From: Deltaproteobacteria bacterium
GTDB taxonomy: Bacteria; Myxococcota_A; UBA796; UBA9615
Reading direction: 5' to 3'
Assembly (NCBI GenBank): GCA_023954745.1
Contig: JAGSHC010000001.1
Span: 85,672 to 149,671 of the forward strand
DNA length: 64,000 nucleotides
In this document: positions 28,101 through 37,926 of the stretch, in pieces
How positions within the stretch are numbered: the first letter of the stretch is position 1
Layout: each line of letters opens with the position of its first letter
Notes under the pieces: model-generated
Databases searched by the model: none
Told to the model about the DNA's origin: nothing
Seen by the model: only the letters and a program-made list of their open reading frames with translations
Made by a program: the position numbers and the translations under genes

Positions 28101-31081
28101 ACACGGACCTCCTCCCTGCGGGCAGCGCCGTGAGCGGTACGAACGCTCCTGGCTCGGGGATCAGCAGTACCAACCCGCTGACCACCGACACGATCACCAT
28201 CGCGTCGGGCACCACCGATACGATCATCGACGTCAACCTGACCATCGACATCACCCACACCTGGCTCGACGACCTGGACATCTTCCTCGTCTCGCCGGAT
28301 GGCGTGTCGGTGGAGATCGTGACGGACATCGGAAGCAGCGGCGACGACTTCACCAACACGGTGTTCGACGACCAGGCGGCCACCCCGATTCCCGACTCGT
28401 CGTCCGAGGCGCCCTTCACGGGGACCTACCAGCCTGAGGGGTCCCTCGCGGCCTTCAACGGCGGCACGGTGGACGGTGTCTGGACCCTCGAGATCACGGA
28501 CGACGCCGGCGGTGACAACGGGACTCTCAACAGCTGGACGATCGACCTGCAGTACGGCGCGAGCCCCGATGCGGACGGCGACGGCTGGTACGCCGCGTCC
28601 TTCTGCTCCTTCGGCGACTGCGACGACGACCCGCTCGTGAACGTGGACGCGGCGCTCACCAACCCCGGCGCGGCCGAGGTTTGCGGCGACACCATCGACC
28701 AGGACTGCGACGGCGCGGACCTGGTGGCGGACATCGACCTCGACACCTACAGCTCGGTGGCGTGCGGCGGCGACGACTGCGACGACGCAGACGCGACCGT
28801 CAACGTGGCCGCGACCGAGGTGTGCAACGACACCATCGACAACGACTGCGACGCGCTGACCCTCGACGTGGACGATGTCGACGGCGACGGGTTCGACTGC
28901 ATCGCGGACTGCGACGACAACGACGACCTCTCCTACCCCGGCTTCTACGAGCTCTGCAACGACGGCGCGGACAACGACTGCAACCCGGCGACGCCCGACC
29001 TCAACGACGCCGACGGCGACGGTGACGACTGCACCGTGGACTGCGACGACACGAACCCGCTGTTCGGACCCAGCCAGACCGAGCTGCTCTGCTCCGGCTT
29101 CGATGAGGACTGCGACTTCGGCGTGAGCACCCCGGACATCGACGACGGTGACCTCGACGGGTTCAACTGCGACGAGGAGTGCCTCGACACCGACCCGGCG
29201 GTGAACCCCGCCGCGGTGGAGGTGAACTGCGACGGTCTGGACAACGACTGCGACCCGGCGACCGAAGGCGAGGTCGACGTCGACGGCGACGGTTCCACCT
29301 GCGGATTCGACTGCGACGACAACGAGCCGCTCGCATTCCCCGGCAACGTGGAAGCGTGCAACGACAGCGTCGACAACGACTGCGACCCGACCACGGTCGA
29401 CGACTTCGACATCGACCTCGACGGCGTCACTTGCGTCACCGACTGCGACGACAACGACCCGCTCAGCTTCCCGGGAGCCCCCGAGATTTGCGCGGACGGA
29501 ATCGACCAGGACTGCGACCTGAGCATCGATGAAGTCGCCAACGACGCCTACGACCTGTCGGACGACGACTCGGTGCTCATCGGGCTCTGCGGCATCTCGT
29601 TCCCCTTCTGCGGAACGAACTGGGACACGGTCTACGTCTCGTCCAACGGGCGGATCACCTTCGGCTTCGACTCTGGTGAGCACACGGAGTCGGCGGCGGT
29701 TCTCCTCTCGGAGGCGCCGCAGATTGCGGCCTTCTGGAACGACCTCGACCCCTCCGCGGGCGGCACGGTCGAAGTCCAGGAGACCCCGAACGCTGTGGTG
29801 GTGACCTACACCGACGTCCCGGAGCTCGGCGTCGCCGGCTCGGCCAACACCGCGACGGTGACCCTCTTCGACGACGGTACTGCCAGCTTCGTGTACGGCA
29901 GCCTGAGCATGGGTGACGGACTCGTCGGCTTCTCCTGCGGCACCAGCGGGGACGTCGTCGAGACGGATGTCAGCGAGTACGAGTTCGCCTCCAACCAGTG
30001 GGCCGTCGGGCAGGGCACCGAGTCCGCCGTGTACGAGCTGTTCTCGGGCACCAACCCCAACGACCTCGCGGACTCCACCGTGGACTTCTGCCTCAGTGGC
30101 GGAGACGACGCGGACGGTGACGGCTGGACGGACACCTGCGGTGACTGCGATGACGCGGCCGCCGATGTGTTCCCCGGCGCCGACGATGTCTGCGGTGACA
30201 GCGTCGATCAGGATTGCGACGGCACGGCCGACAACGCCGACCTCGATGGCGACGGTGAGATTGACGTGGCCTGTGGCGGCGTCGACTGCGATGACCTCAA
30301 CGAGGACATCAACACCGGAGCGACGGAGATCTGCAACGGCATCGATGACGACTGCTCGGGTGCTCCCGAGGATGGCGGCGCCGATGACGACGGTGACGGC
30401 TTCCTCATCTGCGGCGGTGACTGCGACGACACCAACGACGCGATCAACCCCGACGCGGCTGAGGTCTGCGACCAGGTCGACAACGACTGCGACGGCGCGC
30501 TCGACAACGGGTTCACCCCCGACTTCGACAACGACGGTCAGGTCTCTGACGACTGCGGTGGCGACGACTGCGACGACACCAACGACGCCGTCTTCGTCGG
30601 CGCGGACGAAATCTGCGACCTCGCGGACAACGACTGCAACGGCGAGATCGACGAGATTGACGTGGATGAGGACACCTTCATCGACGGCAACTGCAACGGC
30701 GACGACTGCAACGACAACGACGCAGCGGTGAACCCCGGCGCGGCCGAGGTGCCCTACGACGGAATCGACAACGACTGCAGCGGCGGCGACGTCGTCGACG
30801 CGGACGGTGACGGCTTCTTCGGTGGAGAGTCCGGCACGGACTGCAACGACGGCGACGCAGCGGTGAACCCCGACGCAGAGGAAATCTGCGACGACGACAT
30901 CGACAACAACTGCAACGGCGGCACCGACCAGGGCGACAAGGACAACGACATCGACGCCGATGCTGTCTGCAGTGACTGCAACTGCAGCTCGTCGCTCATC
31001 GACGATGACGCGCCGACCGGTTCGGCGATGATGCTCCTCGGCCTCGTGGGCCTGATGGGCATGCGCCGTCGCCGCCAGTAG
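25163..31081 (+). CDS. Giant surface protein (1972 aa): nidogen-like domains, about 23 Asp/Cys-rich DCDD (putative metal-binding, MopE-related) repeats, two proprotein-convertase P-domains, MYXO-CTERM-like tail
   Basis: GGAGG at 25153 then ATG; signal peptide ALA|Q; repeats DxDGDG...DCDD...PG.xEIC.DGxDxDC counted by eye; P-domains (THAW/THTW..D....L.SP.G...W.L...D....D.G.LNSW.L); tail CNCSSS...LLGLVGLMGMRRRRQ. Confidence 0.88.
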   Translation: MASCLRSLIAASATLAALIPASALAQGGPDSSGYLWSSAPYDFVVLDPAAGGLGTVESITGSSFEIDVALPWAGGFSFYGNSYTDITVSEEGGITMGAGGNMFGGNGSLPDTSSSSADIAVFWDELDAWDFGASSSNGGLFTYYDSAADRFIVSWENVSEGGDDATLSFQAHLYGNGEITFHYADVTSEDFISSSTGVDNNSFGNSATVGIQDFTGGTAASGNALQISYNTPSLVDGVTAYSIVQCVDVDGDGGYAESCGGDDCDDADPLIFAGQAEVCSDGVDQDCNGYDQVSDQDLDTFLNPACGGDDCDDLDPLLNPASDQDADGSLGCTDCDDNDATAVPGGLEICDGVDNDCDGTFAYGLTFGDNANSTFGPGGNRGRGSWWDITTDVTLTELGANMGVPAGEDLTFGIYEGVQGGSTFTQVWTGTITSTDGALADRMIPVGYPLTSGNRYFFGYVWSASSLYGYNTAGRSAMPTTPFGTMTDGATISGSSLPTNPTSTSSTYYSAIVSFSDAAAELLDSDADGISACLGDCDDSDATAVPGGTEFCGDGVDNDCSGVADDIDADLDGEIAALCGGTDCNDADATINTAAVELCDAIDSDCDGLVDANDTDVGTVLDAPVLLTDAPAAVIDGTTPIQTSSVTVAGTTNPVLDINVTVDVTHAWTGDVDMSLTSPTGTVIDLVTGIGGSSDNFTNTVFDDQASATIGSGSAPYTGSFIPETPLATFSGEAADGVWTLTVEDTFPSADDGVLNSWTLELTTGIASDIDGDGWVDAVYCAGADCDDTDAALNPGAAEICGDSLDQDCDGVDLIDDVDLDTFTSVACGGDDCDDTDPNVFNGSDFDLDLALGCQDDCDDNDATANPNGVEVCNDGIDQDCSGADLVGTIDNDLDGENTCTDCDDTNPAINAAATEVCGDGIDNNCSGTADDVDADGDGDFSLECGGGDCDEADATVFAGATEACDGIDGDCDGLEDGQDTDLLPAGSAVSGTNAPGSGISSTNPLTTDTITIASGTTDTIIDVNLTIDITHTWLDDLDIFLVSPDGVSVEIVTDIGSSGDDFTNTVFDDQAATPIPDSSSEAPFTGTYQPEGSLAAFNGGTVDGVWTLEITDDAGGDNGTLNSWTIDLQYGASPDADGDGWYAASFCSFGDCDDDPLVNVDAALTNPGAAEVCGDTIDQDCDGADLVADIDLDTYSSVACGGDDCDDADATVNVAATEVCNDTIDNDCDALTLDVDDVDGDGFDCIADCDDNDDLSYPGFYELCNDGADNDCNPATPDLNDADGDGDDCTVDCDDTNPLFGPSQTELLCSGFDEDCDFGVSTPDIDDGDLDGFNCDEECLDTDPAVNPAAVEVNCDGLDNDCDPATEGEVDVDGDGSTCGFDCDDNEPLAFPGNVEACNDSVDNDCDPTTVDDFDIDLDGVTCVTDCDDNDPLSFPGAPEICADGIDQDCDLSIDEVANDAYDLSDDDSVLIGLCGISFPFCGTNWDTVYVSSNGRITFGFDSGEHTESAAVLLSEAPQIAAFWNDLDPSAGGTVEVQETPNAVVVTYTDVPELGVAGSANTATVTLFDDGTASFVYGSLSMGDGLVGFSCGTSGDVVETDVSEYEFASNQWAVGQGTESAVYELFSGTNPNDLADSTVDFCLSGGDDADGDGWTDTCGDCDDAAADVFPGADDVCGDSVDQDCDGTADNADLDGDGEIDVACGGVDCDDLNEDINTGATEICNGIDDDCSGAPEDGGADDDGDGFLICGGDCDDTNDAINPDAAEVCDQVDNDCDGALDNGFTPDFDNDGQVSDDCGGDDCDDTNDAVFVGADEICDLADNDCNGEIDEIDVDEDTFIDGNCNGDDCNDNDAAVNPGAAEVPYDGIDNDCSGGDVVDADGDGFFGGESGTDCNDGDAAVNPDAEEICDDDIDNNCNGGTDQGDKDNDIDADAVCSDCNCSSSLIDDDAPTGSAMMLLGLVGLMGMRRRRQ

Positions 31082-31123
31082 CGGACGAGTAGATTGACCG
31101 GGCGAGAGCCCGGGAGATGAATT

Positions 31124-31162
31124 GCGGAAGGGGAGGACCTGAGAGGGTCCTCCCCTTTCTGC
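31124..31162 (+). terminator. Strong intrinsic terminator hairpin between the two giant paralogues
   Basis: 12-bp perfect stem aaggggaggacc/ggtcctcccctt with a 6-nt loop, followed by tct. Confidence 0.8.
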
Positions 31163-31184
31163 TTGGGGCTGCTACAACGCGAAT

Positions 31185-34100
31185 ATGGACCTCAGGCCAC
31201 GTGTCCTTCTGCTGCCGCTCCTCACCCTCCTCCTTCCAGGCGCTGTGCTGGCGCAGGGGGGCCCCGACGCATCGGGATACATCTGGGGGACCACCGCCTA
31301 CGACTACGTGCCTCTGGATGGCTCAGGGGGCGTGACGGGCACCGTCGCGCCGGTGTTCACCAATGGCGCGGTCGACGTCCCTCTTCCCTTCCCTTTCCCC
31401 TGGTACGCCGGGACCTCGAGCCTGGTGTCCGTCTCCGGGAACGGTGCGCTCCGGCTCACCACCGGCGGCCTGGCCGGGGCAATGAACCAGCCCATCCCGA
31501 GCCCTCCGGGCCCCCGCCCCGACATCGCGGTCCTGTGGGACGCCCTGGACCCGTCTTCGGGAGGCGCAGTGCGGTGGTACGACGACGTACCCGGGAATCG
31601 CTTCATCGTCTCCTGGGAAGGCATTCCCCACGCCAGTGGCGTCGGCTCGGTCTCCTTCCAGGCCCACCTGTCGCCCGACGGATCGGTGCGGATGCACTGG
31701 CTGGACACGCAGCTGGGGAACCCGATCTTCGACAACGGGGCGTCGGCCACGGTGGGGATTCAGGACGCCCTCGGTGGGAGCTTGGGTGCAGGGAACGCCC
31801 TGCAGTACTCGTACAACGCCCCAAACATCTTCGACCAGAGCGCGTTGTATCTCGGCCCATGCACCGGAGACGTCGACGGGGACGGCTACGTCAGCAGCGC
31901 ATGTGGCGGCGACGACTGCGACGACTTCGACGCGGCCCTCAGCCCTGGGGCTGTCGAGATCTGCGACGACGGCGACGACCAGGACTGCGATGGCTCGGAC
32001 CAGTCGGCGGACGGCGACGGCGACGGGTATGACTCCGTCGCGTGTGGGGGCGACGACTGTGACGACGACGACCTCAACGTCTCGCCCGGCGCGACCGAGG
32101 TCGCGTGCGACACCATCGACAACGACTGCGAGCCCACCACCCTCGACCTCTCGGACGGCGACGGCGACGGCGACGCCTGCGATGTGGACTGCGACGACAC
32201 CGATCCCACCATCGGTCCCAGCGCGCCCGAGGTTTGCGACGATCTGACGGATCAGGACTGTGACGGCGCCGATCTCGTGTCCGACGCGGACGGCGACACC
32301 TACGCCAACGCCGACTGCGGCGGGCCCGACTGCGATGACCTCGACGCCTCCGTGAACCCGGGGGTCGACGCGGACGGAGACACCTGGAACGCGTGCCTCG
32401 ACTGCGACGACTCGGACTTCACCGCCTACCCCGGCAACGGCGCCGAGGTGTGTGACGGGGTCGACTCCGACTGCGACGGCCTCGAGGACGGACTGGACGC
32501 CGACGTGGGCGCGGACGCCGATGGCGACGGCTGGGTGGACTCCTGCGGGGACTGCGACGGCTCTGATCCGTTGACGTACCCCGACGCACCCGAGATCTGT
32601 GGGGACGGACTCGACCAGGACTGCGACGGCTCCGACCTCGCCGCGGACATCGACGCCGACACCTTCACCAGCGTGGCCTGTGGCGGTGATGACTGCGACG
32701 ACGCGGACCCCGCCGTGAACTCCTCCGTGGCCGAGGTCTGTAACGACGCGATCGACAACGACTGCGATGAGTTGACCCTCGACCTGTTCGACGTCGATGG
32801 GGATGGGTCCGACTGCGCCTCCGATTGCGACGACGCCGACGCGTCGATCGCGCCCGGCGCCCCCGAGGTGTGCGACGACACCATCGACCAGGACTGCGAC
32901 GGCTCGGATCTGGTGGGGGACCTCGACGGGGACGGCGTGAGCGGTGCCGCGTGCGGAGGCACCGACTGCGACGACAACGACGCGTTCGTCTATCCGGGAG
33001 CGAACGAGTTCGTGTGCGACGGAATCGACCAGGCGTGCGATGGCCTTGGGGACGAGGACGACCTCGACGGCGACGGCTACGCCTTATGTGACGACGACTG
33101 CGACGACGGCGACCCTCTCGTTTGGTCTGGCGCACCGGAGCTCTGCGGGGACGGCGTAGACAACGACTGCGACGGAGCTCTCGACGAGTTCGTCGACGAC
33201 GACTACGTCCTGGACGACGACGGCGGCCTCACCTTCAGCATCTGTAGCTTCAGCTTCCCGTTCTGCGGCGAGAGCTTCGACAGCTTCACCTTGCACGCCA
33301 ATGGGCGCGTGACCTTCGGCGACGCCGGAGGCGGTGGATTCAGCGATGGATCGGGCGCCGATGTGACCTCTGCAGGCTCGCTGAGCGACCTGCACGGAGA
33401 GGCGCCGCAGCTCGCGTTTCTCTGGAGCGATCTCGACCCCACGATCTCCGGGACCGTGCACGTCACGGAGGACAGCAACACCGCCAGCATGGTCGTGACC
33501 TACACCAACGTGACCCAGCACCCGGCGTGGCCGGGCGCGGTGCTCGGCGGCAACTCGGTGACCGTGACGTTCGGCGGAGCGGGCTTCGCGACCTACGAGT
33601 ACGGGGCGATCTCCGGCGAGGTCGCCATCGCCGGCTGGTCCTGCGGGAACACCTCGCCCGTCGCCATGGATCTGAGCGATCCCGGGTTGCCTGAGGCCGC
33701 GCCGCGCATCGGGCAGGGCAGCGAGACCGCGATCTTCCAGGTGTTCGAGGGCGCGGCGAGCGGCGGAGACAGCGTCGACCTCGACAATCTCGACGTCTCG
33801 TTCTGCCTGACGGACGGCGTGGACGGCGACGGCGACGGCTGGAGCGACCAGTGCGGCGACTGCGACGACTCGGCCGCGGACGTCTACCCGGGAGCCCCGG
33901 AGCTGTGTGACGGAGTCGATCACGACTGCAACGGCTCGGTGGATGACGCGGACGCGGACGACGATGGGTACACGGCGGTCGCCTGCGGCGGCGCGGACTG
34001 CGACGACGCCGATCCCATCACGAACCCGGAGGCGACCGAGGTCTGCGATGGGCTCGACAATGACTGCGACGGCCTGCCCGAAGCGGGTGGCGAGGACGCG

Positions 34101-34802
34101 GACGCGGACGGCTGGCTGGTCTGTGGCGGCGACTGCGACGACAGCCGCTTCGACGTGAACCCCGGCGCTCTCGAGATCTGCAACGAGGTCGACGACAACT
34201 GCGACACGTTCATCGACGAGGGGTGGAGCTCCGATCAGGACGCCGATGGCACCTTGAACCCCGACTGCGGTGGGGACGACTGCGACGATCTGGATCCGGA
34301 CGTGTCCCCCATCGATGACGAGGTCTGCGACGGCAAGGACAACGACTGCAACGACGTCGTGGACGACCTCGACGCCGACTCGGATGGCTTCGTCGACGTG
34401 GCGTGCGGGGGGGACGACTGCAACGACCTGCGACCCCAGGTGTTCCCCGGCGCAGACGAGGCATGCGATGGCCTCGACACGGACTGCAACGGAGTCGAGA
34501 ACGACGTGGACCTCGATGGCGATGGAGCCATCGACGCCGACTGTGGCGGTGACGACTGCCACGACGGCGACCCTGCGATCGTCCCCGGAGCCGAGGAGAT
34601 CTGCGACGACGGCGAAGACAACGACTGCAACGGAGGGGTGGACCAGGGTGGGGACGACCTCGTCGCCGACCCGGTCTGCACCGGCTGTGCCTGCAGCGCC
34701 TCCGGAACGGCGGACGACAGCCGGGCGGCCTTGGCGATGCTGCTTCTGTGGCCACTCTGTGGCCTGCGGCGGCGGCGAGGCGTCTCTACACTCCGCGGGT
34801 GA
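31185..34802 (+). CDS. Paralogous surface protein (1205 aa): nidogen-like domains, about 16 DCDD repeats, MYXO-CTERM-like tail
   Basis: Same mature N-terminus (AQGGPD.SGY.W...YD.V.LD), same internal and terminal layout; tail GCACSAS...MLLLWPLCGLRRRR. Confidence 0.88.
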   Translation: MDLRPRVLLLPLLTLLLPGAVLAQGGPDASGYIWGTTAYDYVPLDGSGGVTGTVAPVFTNGAVDVPLPFPFPWYAGTSSLVSVSGNGALRLTTGGLAGAMNQPIPSPPGPRPDIAVLWDALDPSSGGAVRWYDDVPGNRFIVSWEGIPHASGVGSVSFQAHLSPDGSVRMHWLDTQLGNPIFDNGASATVGIQDALGGSLGAGNALQYSYNAPNIFDQSALYLGPCTGDVDGDGYVSSACGGDDCDDFDAALSPGAVEICDDGDDQDCDGSDQSADGDGDGYDSVACGGDDCDDDDLNVSPGATEVACDTIDNDCEPTTLDLSDGDGDGDACDVDCDDTDPTIGPSAPEVCDDLTDQDCDGADLVSDADGDTYANADCGGPDCDDLDASVNPGVDADGDTWNACLDCDDSDFTAYPGNGAEVCDGVDSDCDGLEDGLDADVGADADGDGWVDSCGDCDGSDPLTYPDAPEICGDGLDQDCDGSDLAADIDADTFTSVACGGDDCDDADPAVNSSVAEVCNDAIDNDCDELTLDLFDVDGDGSDCASDCDDADASIAPGAPEVCDDTIDQDCDGSDLVGDLDGDGVSGAACGGTDCDDNDAFVYPGANEFVCDGIDQACDGLGDEDDLDGDGYALCDDDCDDGDPLVWSGAPELCGDGVDNDCDGALDEFVDDDYVLDDDGGLTFSICSFSFPFCGESFDSFTLHANGRVTFGDAGGGGFSDGSGADVTSAGSLSDLHGEAPQLAFLWSDLDPTISGTVHVTEDSNTASMVVTYTNVTQHPAWPGAVLGGNSVTVTFGGAGFATYEYGAISGEVAIAGWSCGNTSPVAMDLSDPGLPEAAPRIGQGSETAIFQVFEGAASGGDSVDLDNLDVSFCLTDGVDGDGDGWSDQCGDCDDSAADVYPGAPELCDGVDHDCNGSVDDADADDDGYTAVACGGADCDDADPITNPEATEVCDGLDNDCDGLPEAGGEDADADGWLVCGGDCDDSRFDVNPGALEICNEVDDNCDTFIDEGWSSDQDADGTLNPDCGGDDCDDLDPDVSPIDDEVCDGKDNDCNDVVDDLDADSDGFVDVACGGDDCNDLRPQVFPGADEACDGLDTDCNGVENDVDLDGDGAIDADCGGDDCHDGDPAIVPGAEEICDDGEDNDCNGGVDQGGDDLVADPVCTGCACSASGTADDSRAALAMLLLWPLCGLRRRRGVSTLRG

Positions 34803-35557
34803 CCGCGCCTGAACCTGCCGACTACGACGCGCTCTGGCGTGGCCCCTGGAGAGACGCAGCGGCCCGCGGGCCCGGCTTCCGATCCAGGTACGCGACTCTT
34901 CTGCGTCTCATGGCCCGTCATGGAGCGGCGGGCCGCTTCCTGGAGATCGGCGCCGGCACCGGCGCGTTCCTTCCCATCGTGCAGGCTCGCTTCCCGTGGC
35001 TCGAGGTCTCGGGACACGACGGCTCGTCGGTCGCCCTCGAGGCGCTCCGCGCCCGGGCTGGTCTGGCCGCGGTCTACGGGGGCCAACTCGGGGAGGCCTT
35101 CGACCTGGACCGGGCCTTCGACGTCGTCGTGTGCAGCGAGGTGCTGGAGCACATTGACGATCACGCCGCGGCCCTGGGGGCCATCGTCCGTCATCTCCGG
35201 CCCGGAGGGCGGCTCTACCTCAGCGTGCCCCTGCGCCAGGACCTGTGGACCCAGGTCGACGACGCCGTTGGACATGTGCGCCGGTACGGGCGCGGTGAGC
35301 TGGCGGGGATGTGCAAGGGACTGGGCCTCGACGTGCTGGACGACCTCAGCACGGGGTTTCCCCTCTACAACGCCTACTACCAAGTCCTGGGTCGCAAGAG
35401 CCCCGAGGAGACCGCCTCGGGGGCCCGCAGGAGCCCCGTGGTGTCGCTGGTGACCGGAGTGCTCGCGAAGGCGCTGAGCCTCGAGACGCGGGTCTCCACG
35501 CCCTTTGGCGGTCGTGGCTTCGTGGTCGCCCGGCGTCCCTATCGGACGTCTTCGTGA
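34799..35557 (+). CDS. Class I SAM-dependent methyltransferase
   Basis: LEIGAGTG, FDVVVCSEVLEHI, LRPGG, D...GHVRRY; GTGA overlap. Confidence 0.88.
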   Translation: MTAPEPADYDALWRGPWRDAAARGPGFRSRYATLLRLMARHGAAGRFLEIGAGTGAFLPIVQARFPWLEVSGHDGSSVALEALRARAGLAAVYGGQLGEAFDLDRAFDVVVCSEVLEHIDDHAAALGAIVRHLRPGGRLYLSVPLRQDLWTQVDDAVGHVRRYGRGELAGMCKGLGLDVLDDLSTGFPLYNAYYQVLGRKSPEETASGARRSPVVSLVTGVLAKALSLETRVSTPFGGRGFVVARRPYRTSS

Positions 35558-36462
35558 CGGTGCTTCTCGATGTGCGCGGCGTCGAGAAGTCGTTCCGGAC
35601 GACCCGGGCCGTGGACGGGGTCTCCTTCGGCATCGAGGAGGGAGAGATCTTCGGACTGCTCGGGCCCAACGGCGCCGGCAAGTCGACGCTCATCCGCATG
35701 ATGCTCGACATCTACCGGCCCGACGAAGGCTCGGTGCTGGTGTTCGGGCACCCCATGGAGCGCGAAGATCTCGACCGCATCGGCTACCTGCCGGAGGAGC
35801 GGGGTCTGTACCGAAAGCGCCGGGTGATTCAGGTGCTGCGGTACCTGGGGCAGCTGAAGGGCCTGACGGCAGCGGACGCGACCGCCTCAGCGGATCGGTG
35901 GCTCCTCAGGCTCTCGATGGAGCACTACCGAGACAGCAAGGTCGAGAGCCTGAGCAAGGGCAACCAGCAGAAGATCCAGCTCATCGGCACGCTCCTCGGC
36001 GATCCTCCTCTGCTCGTGTGGGACGAGCCCTTCTCCGGCCTGGATCCGGTGAATGCCAACCAGGTGCGTGACCTGCTCATCGAGCTTCGCGACGCCGGGA
36101 CCACGGTCGTGCTCTCCACCCACCTCATGGCTCAGGCCGAAGCCGTCTGCGATCGGGTGGGCCTCATCCATGGTGGCCGGATGGTCCTCTGCGGCCCCAT
36201 CGGCGAGGTCAGGCAGCAGTTCGGCGCCGACCAGGCAGTGATCATCACCGACGCACCCCTCGCCGAGGGGGACGACTGGCCCGAGCTCGCCAAGGTTCTG
36301 GACGACGTTCCCGAGGACGGCGCTCGGCGCTTCACGGTGTGCGTGCAAGGCAGCCCCGAGGCCTTGGCGCGCCGCATCATCGAGGCGGGCTACGAGCTCA
36401 CCGAGTTCCATCGTCATCGACCCACCCTCGAGGACGTCTTTCTCCAGGCGGTGGCGGGATGA
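35554..36462 (+). CDS. ABC-2 exporter ATP-binding subunit (NatA/YhaQ-like)
   Basis: GPNGAGKS, IGYLPEERGLY, LSKGNQQK, DEPFSGLDPVN, STH. Confidence 0.92.
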   Translation: MTVLLDVRGVEKSFRTTRAVDGVSFGIEEGEIFGLLGPNGAGKSTLIRMMLDIYRPDEGSVLVFGHPMEREDLDRIGYLPEERGLYRKRRVIQVLRYLGQLKGLTAADATASADRWLLRLSMEHYRDSKVESLSKGNQQKIQLIGTLLGDPPLLVWDEPFSGLDPVNANQVRDLLIELRDAGTTVVLSTHLMAQAEAVCDRVGLIHGGRMVLCGPIGEVRQQFGADQAVIITDAPLAEGDDWPELAKVLDDVPEDGARRFTVCVQGSPEALARRIIEAGYELTEFHRHRPTLEDVFLQAVAG

Positions 36463-37865
36463 GCCAGCGCGCATCGCCGAAGCGCATCGCCACCGTCGCG
36501 AAGCGGGAGTTCATCGCGACGGTGAGCCGCAAGGGCTACATCGCGACTCTGCTCTTGCTCCCCCTGCTGATGGCGGGCATCGCGGTCTTGCCGGCCATTG
36601 CCATTGCGTTGGCGGGGGGCACCAGCGAGATCATGGGTCTCCAGCCGCCCGGCGAGATCTCGGTCATTGGAGTGGTCGACGGGACCGGTCGCGACATCGT
36701 CAACGACGAGTTCCTCGCCTGGCACAACGCAGACCAGCGCCACGCCGACGCTCAGGAGCGGCAGCTCCCCGGGGACGAGGAGGTCATCGGGGACAAGCTG
36801 CCCGAGTTCCTCAAGGACAAGCAGCTGACGGACCGCCGGGACTACGGGGGCTTCGACGGAGACTGGCGGCTCGAGCTACGGCGCTACGACGCGGAGGACA
36901 CAGCGCGGGAGGCCATCCTCTCGGGAGAAGCAAAGGCCGTCTACGTGTTCGGCCCCGACTGGGTCGAGACCGGGGCGGTGCTGTCGCTGCTCCCGGAGCG
37001 TGGCGCCATGAGCGTGGCTCTGTACCCCGGCAAGGTGGCGGTGGCGCGGCTGGTGCGGAAGTCCATCGCGGCTCCCACGATGGCCGACAAAGCCATGCTC
37101 GAGCGGATCCTGCGCCTGATGGAGACCACCGAAGAGACCGTGCGCGATCCCAACGCGGAGCCTGAGGACGAAGGCGACAGTGGACTCGACAAGGGCATCG
37201 CGATGGTTCTGCCCGTGCTCTTCGCGAGCTTCTTCTCGCTCTCCATCTTCGTCGCCTCCGGGTACTTGCTCGACGGCATCGGTGAGGAGAAGGAGAACAA
37301 GGTGCTCGAGGTCCTCCTGGCGAGCCTGACCCCCGAGGAGCTCCTGCTGGGCAAGATCGTGGGCCTGGGGGCGGCGGGCCTGTTGCAGACCTCGGTCATG
37401 CTCGTCTTGGGTCTGATCCCCATGCTCGCCATGGGGGCCCTGTCTCTCGGGTTCTGGACCATCGCCGCCATGGCCCTGTGCGCGGCTCTCGGATACATCG
37501 AGTACGCCGCGGTGATGGCAGCCAGCGGGGCCGTGGCGGGCAACCGCCAGGAGGGTCGCCAGATCAGCGCGGTGTTCACGCTGACTGCCTCCAGTCCGAT
37601 GTTCGTACTTCCGGTCTTCATGGCCGCTGCTGACGGCGGGGTGGCGGTGTTTCTGAGCCTGTTCCCCCCGACCGCTCCCATGGCCATGACGATGCGCCTG
37701 GGGCTCGGTGACGTGCCCGGTTGGCAGCTGGCGGTCTCGGTGCTGGGAATGGCCCTGTGTGGATGGCTCTCGTGGCGCCTTGGCTCACGGGTCTTCCGCG
37801 TAGCGATTCTACTCACCGGCGCCCGGCCCCCGCTTCGCCGCATCTTCGAGTGGATGCGCGGCTGA
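36459..37865 (+). CDS. ABC-2 exporter permease (NatB/YhaP-like)
   Basis: VAKREF N-terminus; EEKENKVLEVLL; GKIVG; multiple TM segments. Confidence 0.9.
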   Translation: MSQRASPKRIATVAKREFIATVSRKGYIATLLLLPLLMAGIAVLPAIAIALAGGTSEIMGLQPPGEISVIGVVDGTGRDIVNDEFLAWHNADQRHADAQERQLPGDEEVIGDKLPEFLKDKQLTDRRDYGGFDGDWRLELRRYDAEDTAREAILSGEAKAVYVFGPDWVETGAVLSLLPERGAMSVALYPGKVAVARLVRKSIAAPTMADKAMLERILRLMETTEETVRDPNAEPEDEGDSGLDKGIAMVLPVLFASFFSLSIFVASGYLLDGIGEEKENKVLEVLLASLTPEELLLGKIVGLGAAGLLQTSVMLVLGLIPMLAMGALSLGFWTIAAMALCAALGYIEYAAVMAASGAVAGNRQEGRQISAVFTLTASSPMFVLPVFMAAADGGVAVFLSLFPPTAPMAMTMRLGLGDVPGWQLAVSVLGMALCGWLSWRLGSRVFRVAILLTGARPPLRRIFEWMRG

Positions 37866-37926
37866 TCAGCGGGATCTTGCGCGTCCCCGTCGCGCCGATC
37901 GTTGCGAGGTTCCGTACACTGCCCCC

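Noticed and set aside
25160-29683. 1507-aa antisense ORF opposite the giant repeat protein (also 5848..7956, 33084..34562, 39081..41609, 50803..53511)
   Set aside because: Shadow ORFs: GC-rich codon bias (GAC/GTC-rich) leaves the reverse frame nearly stop-free; the V/A/R-rich translations have no recognisable motifs
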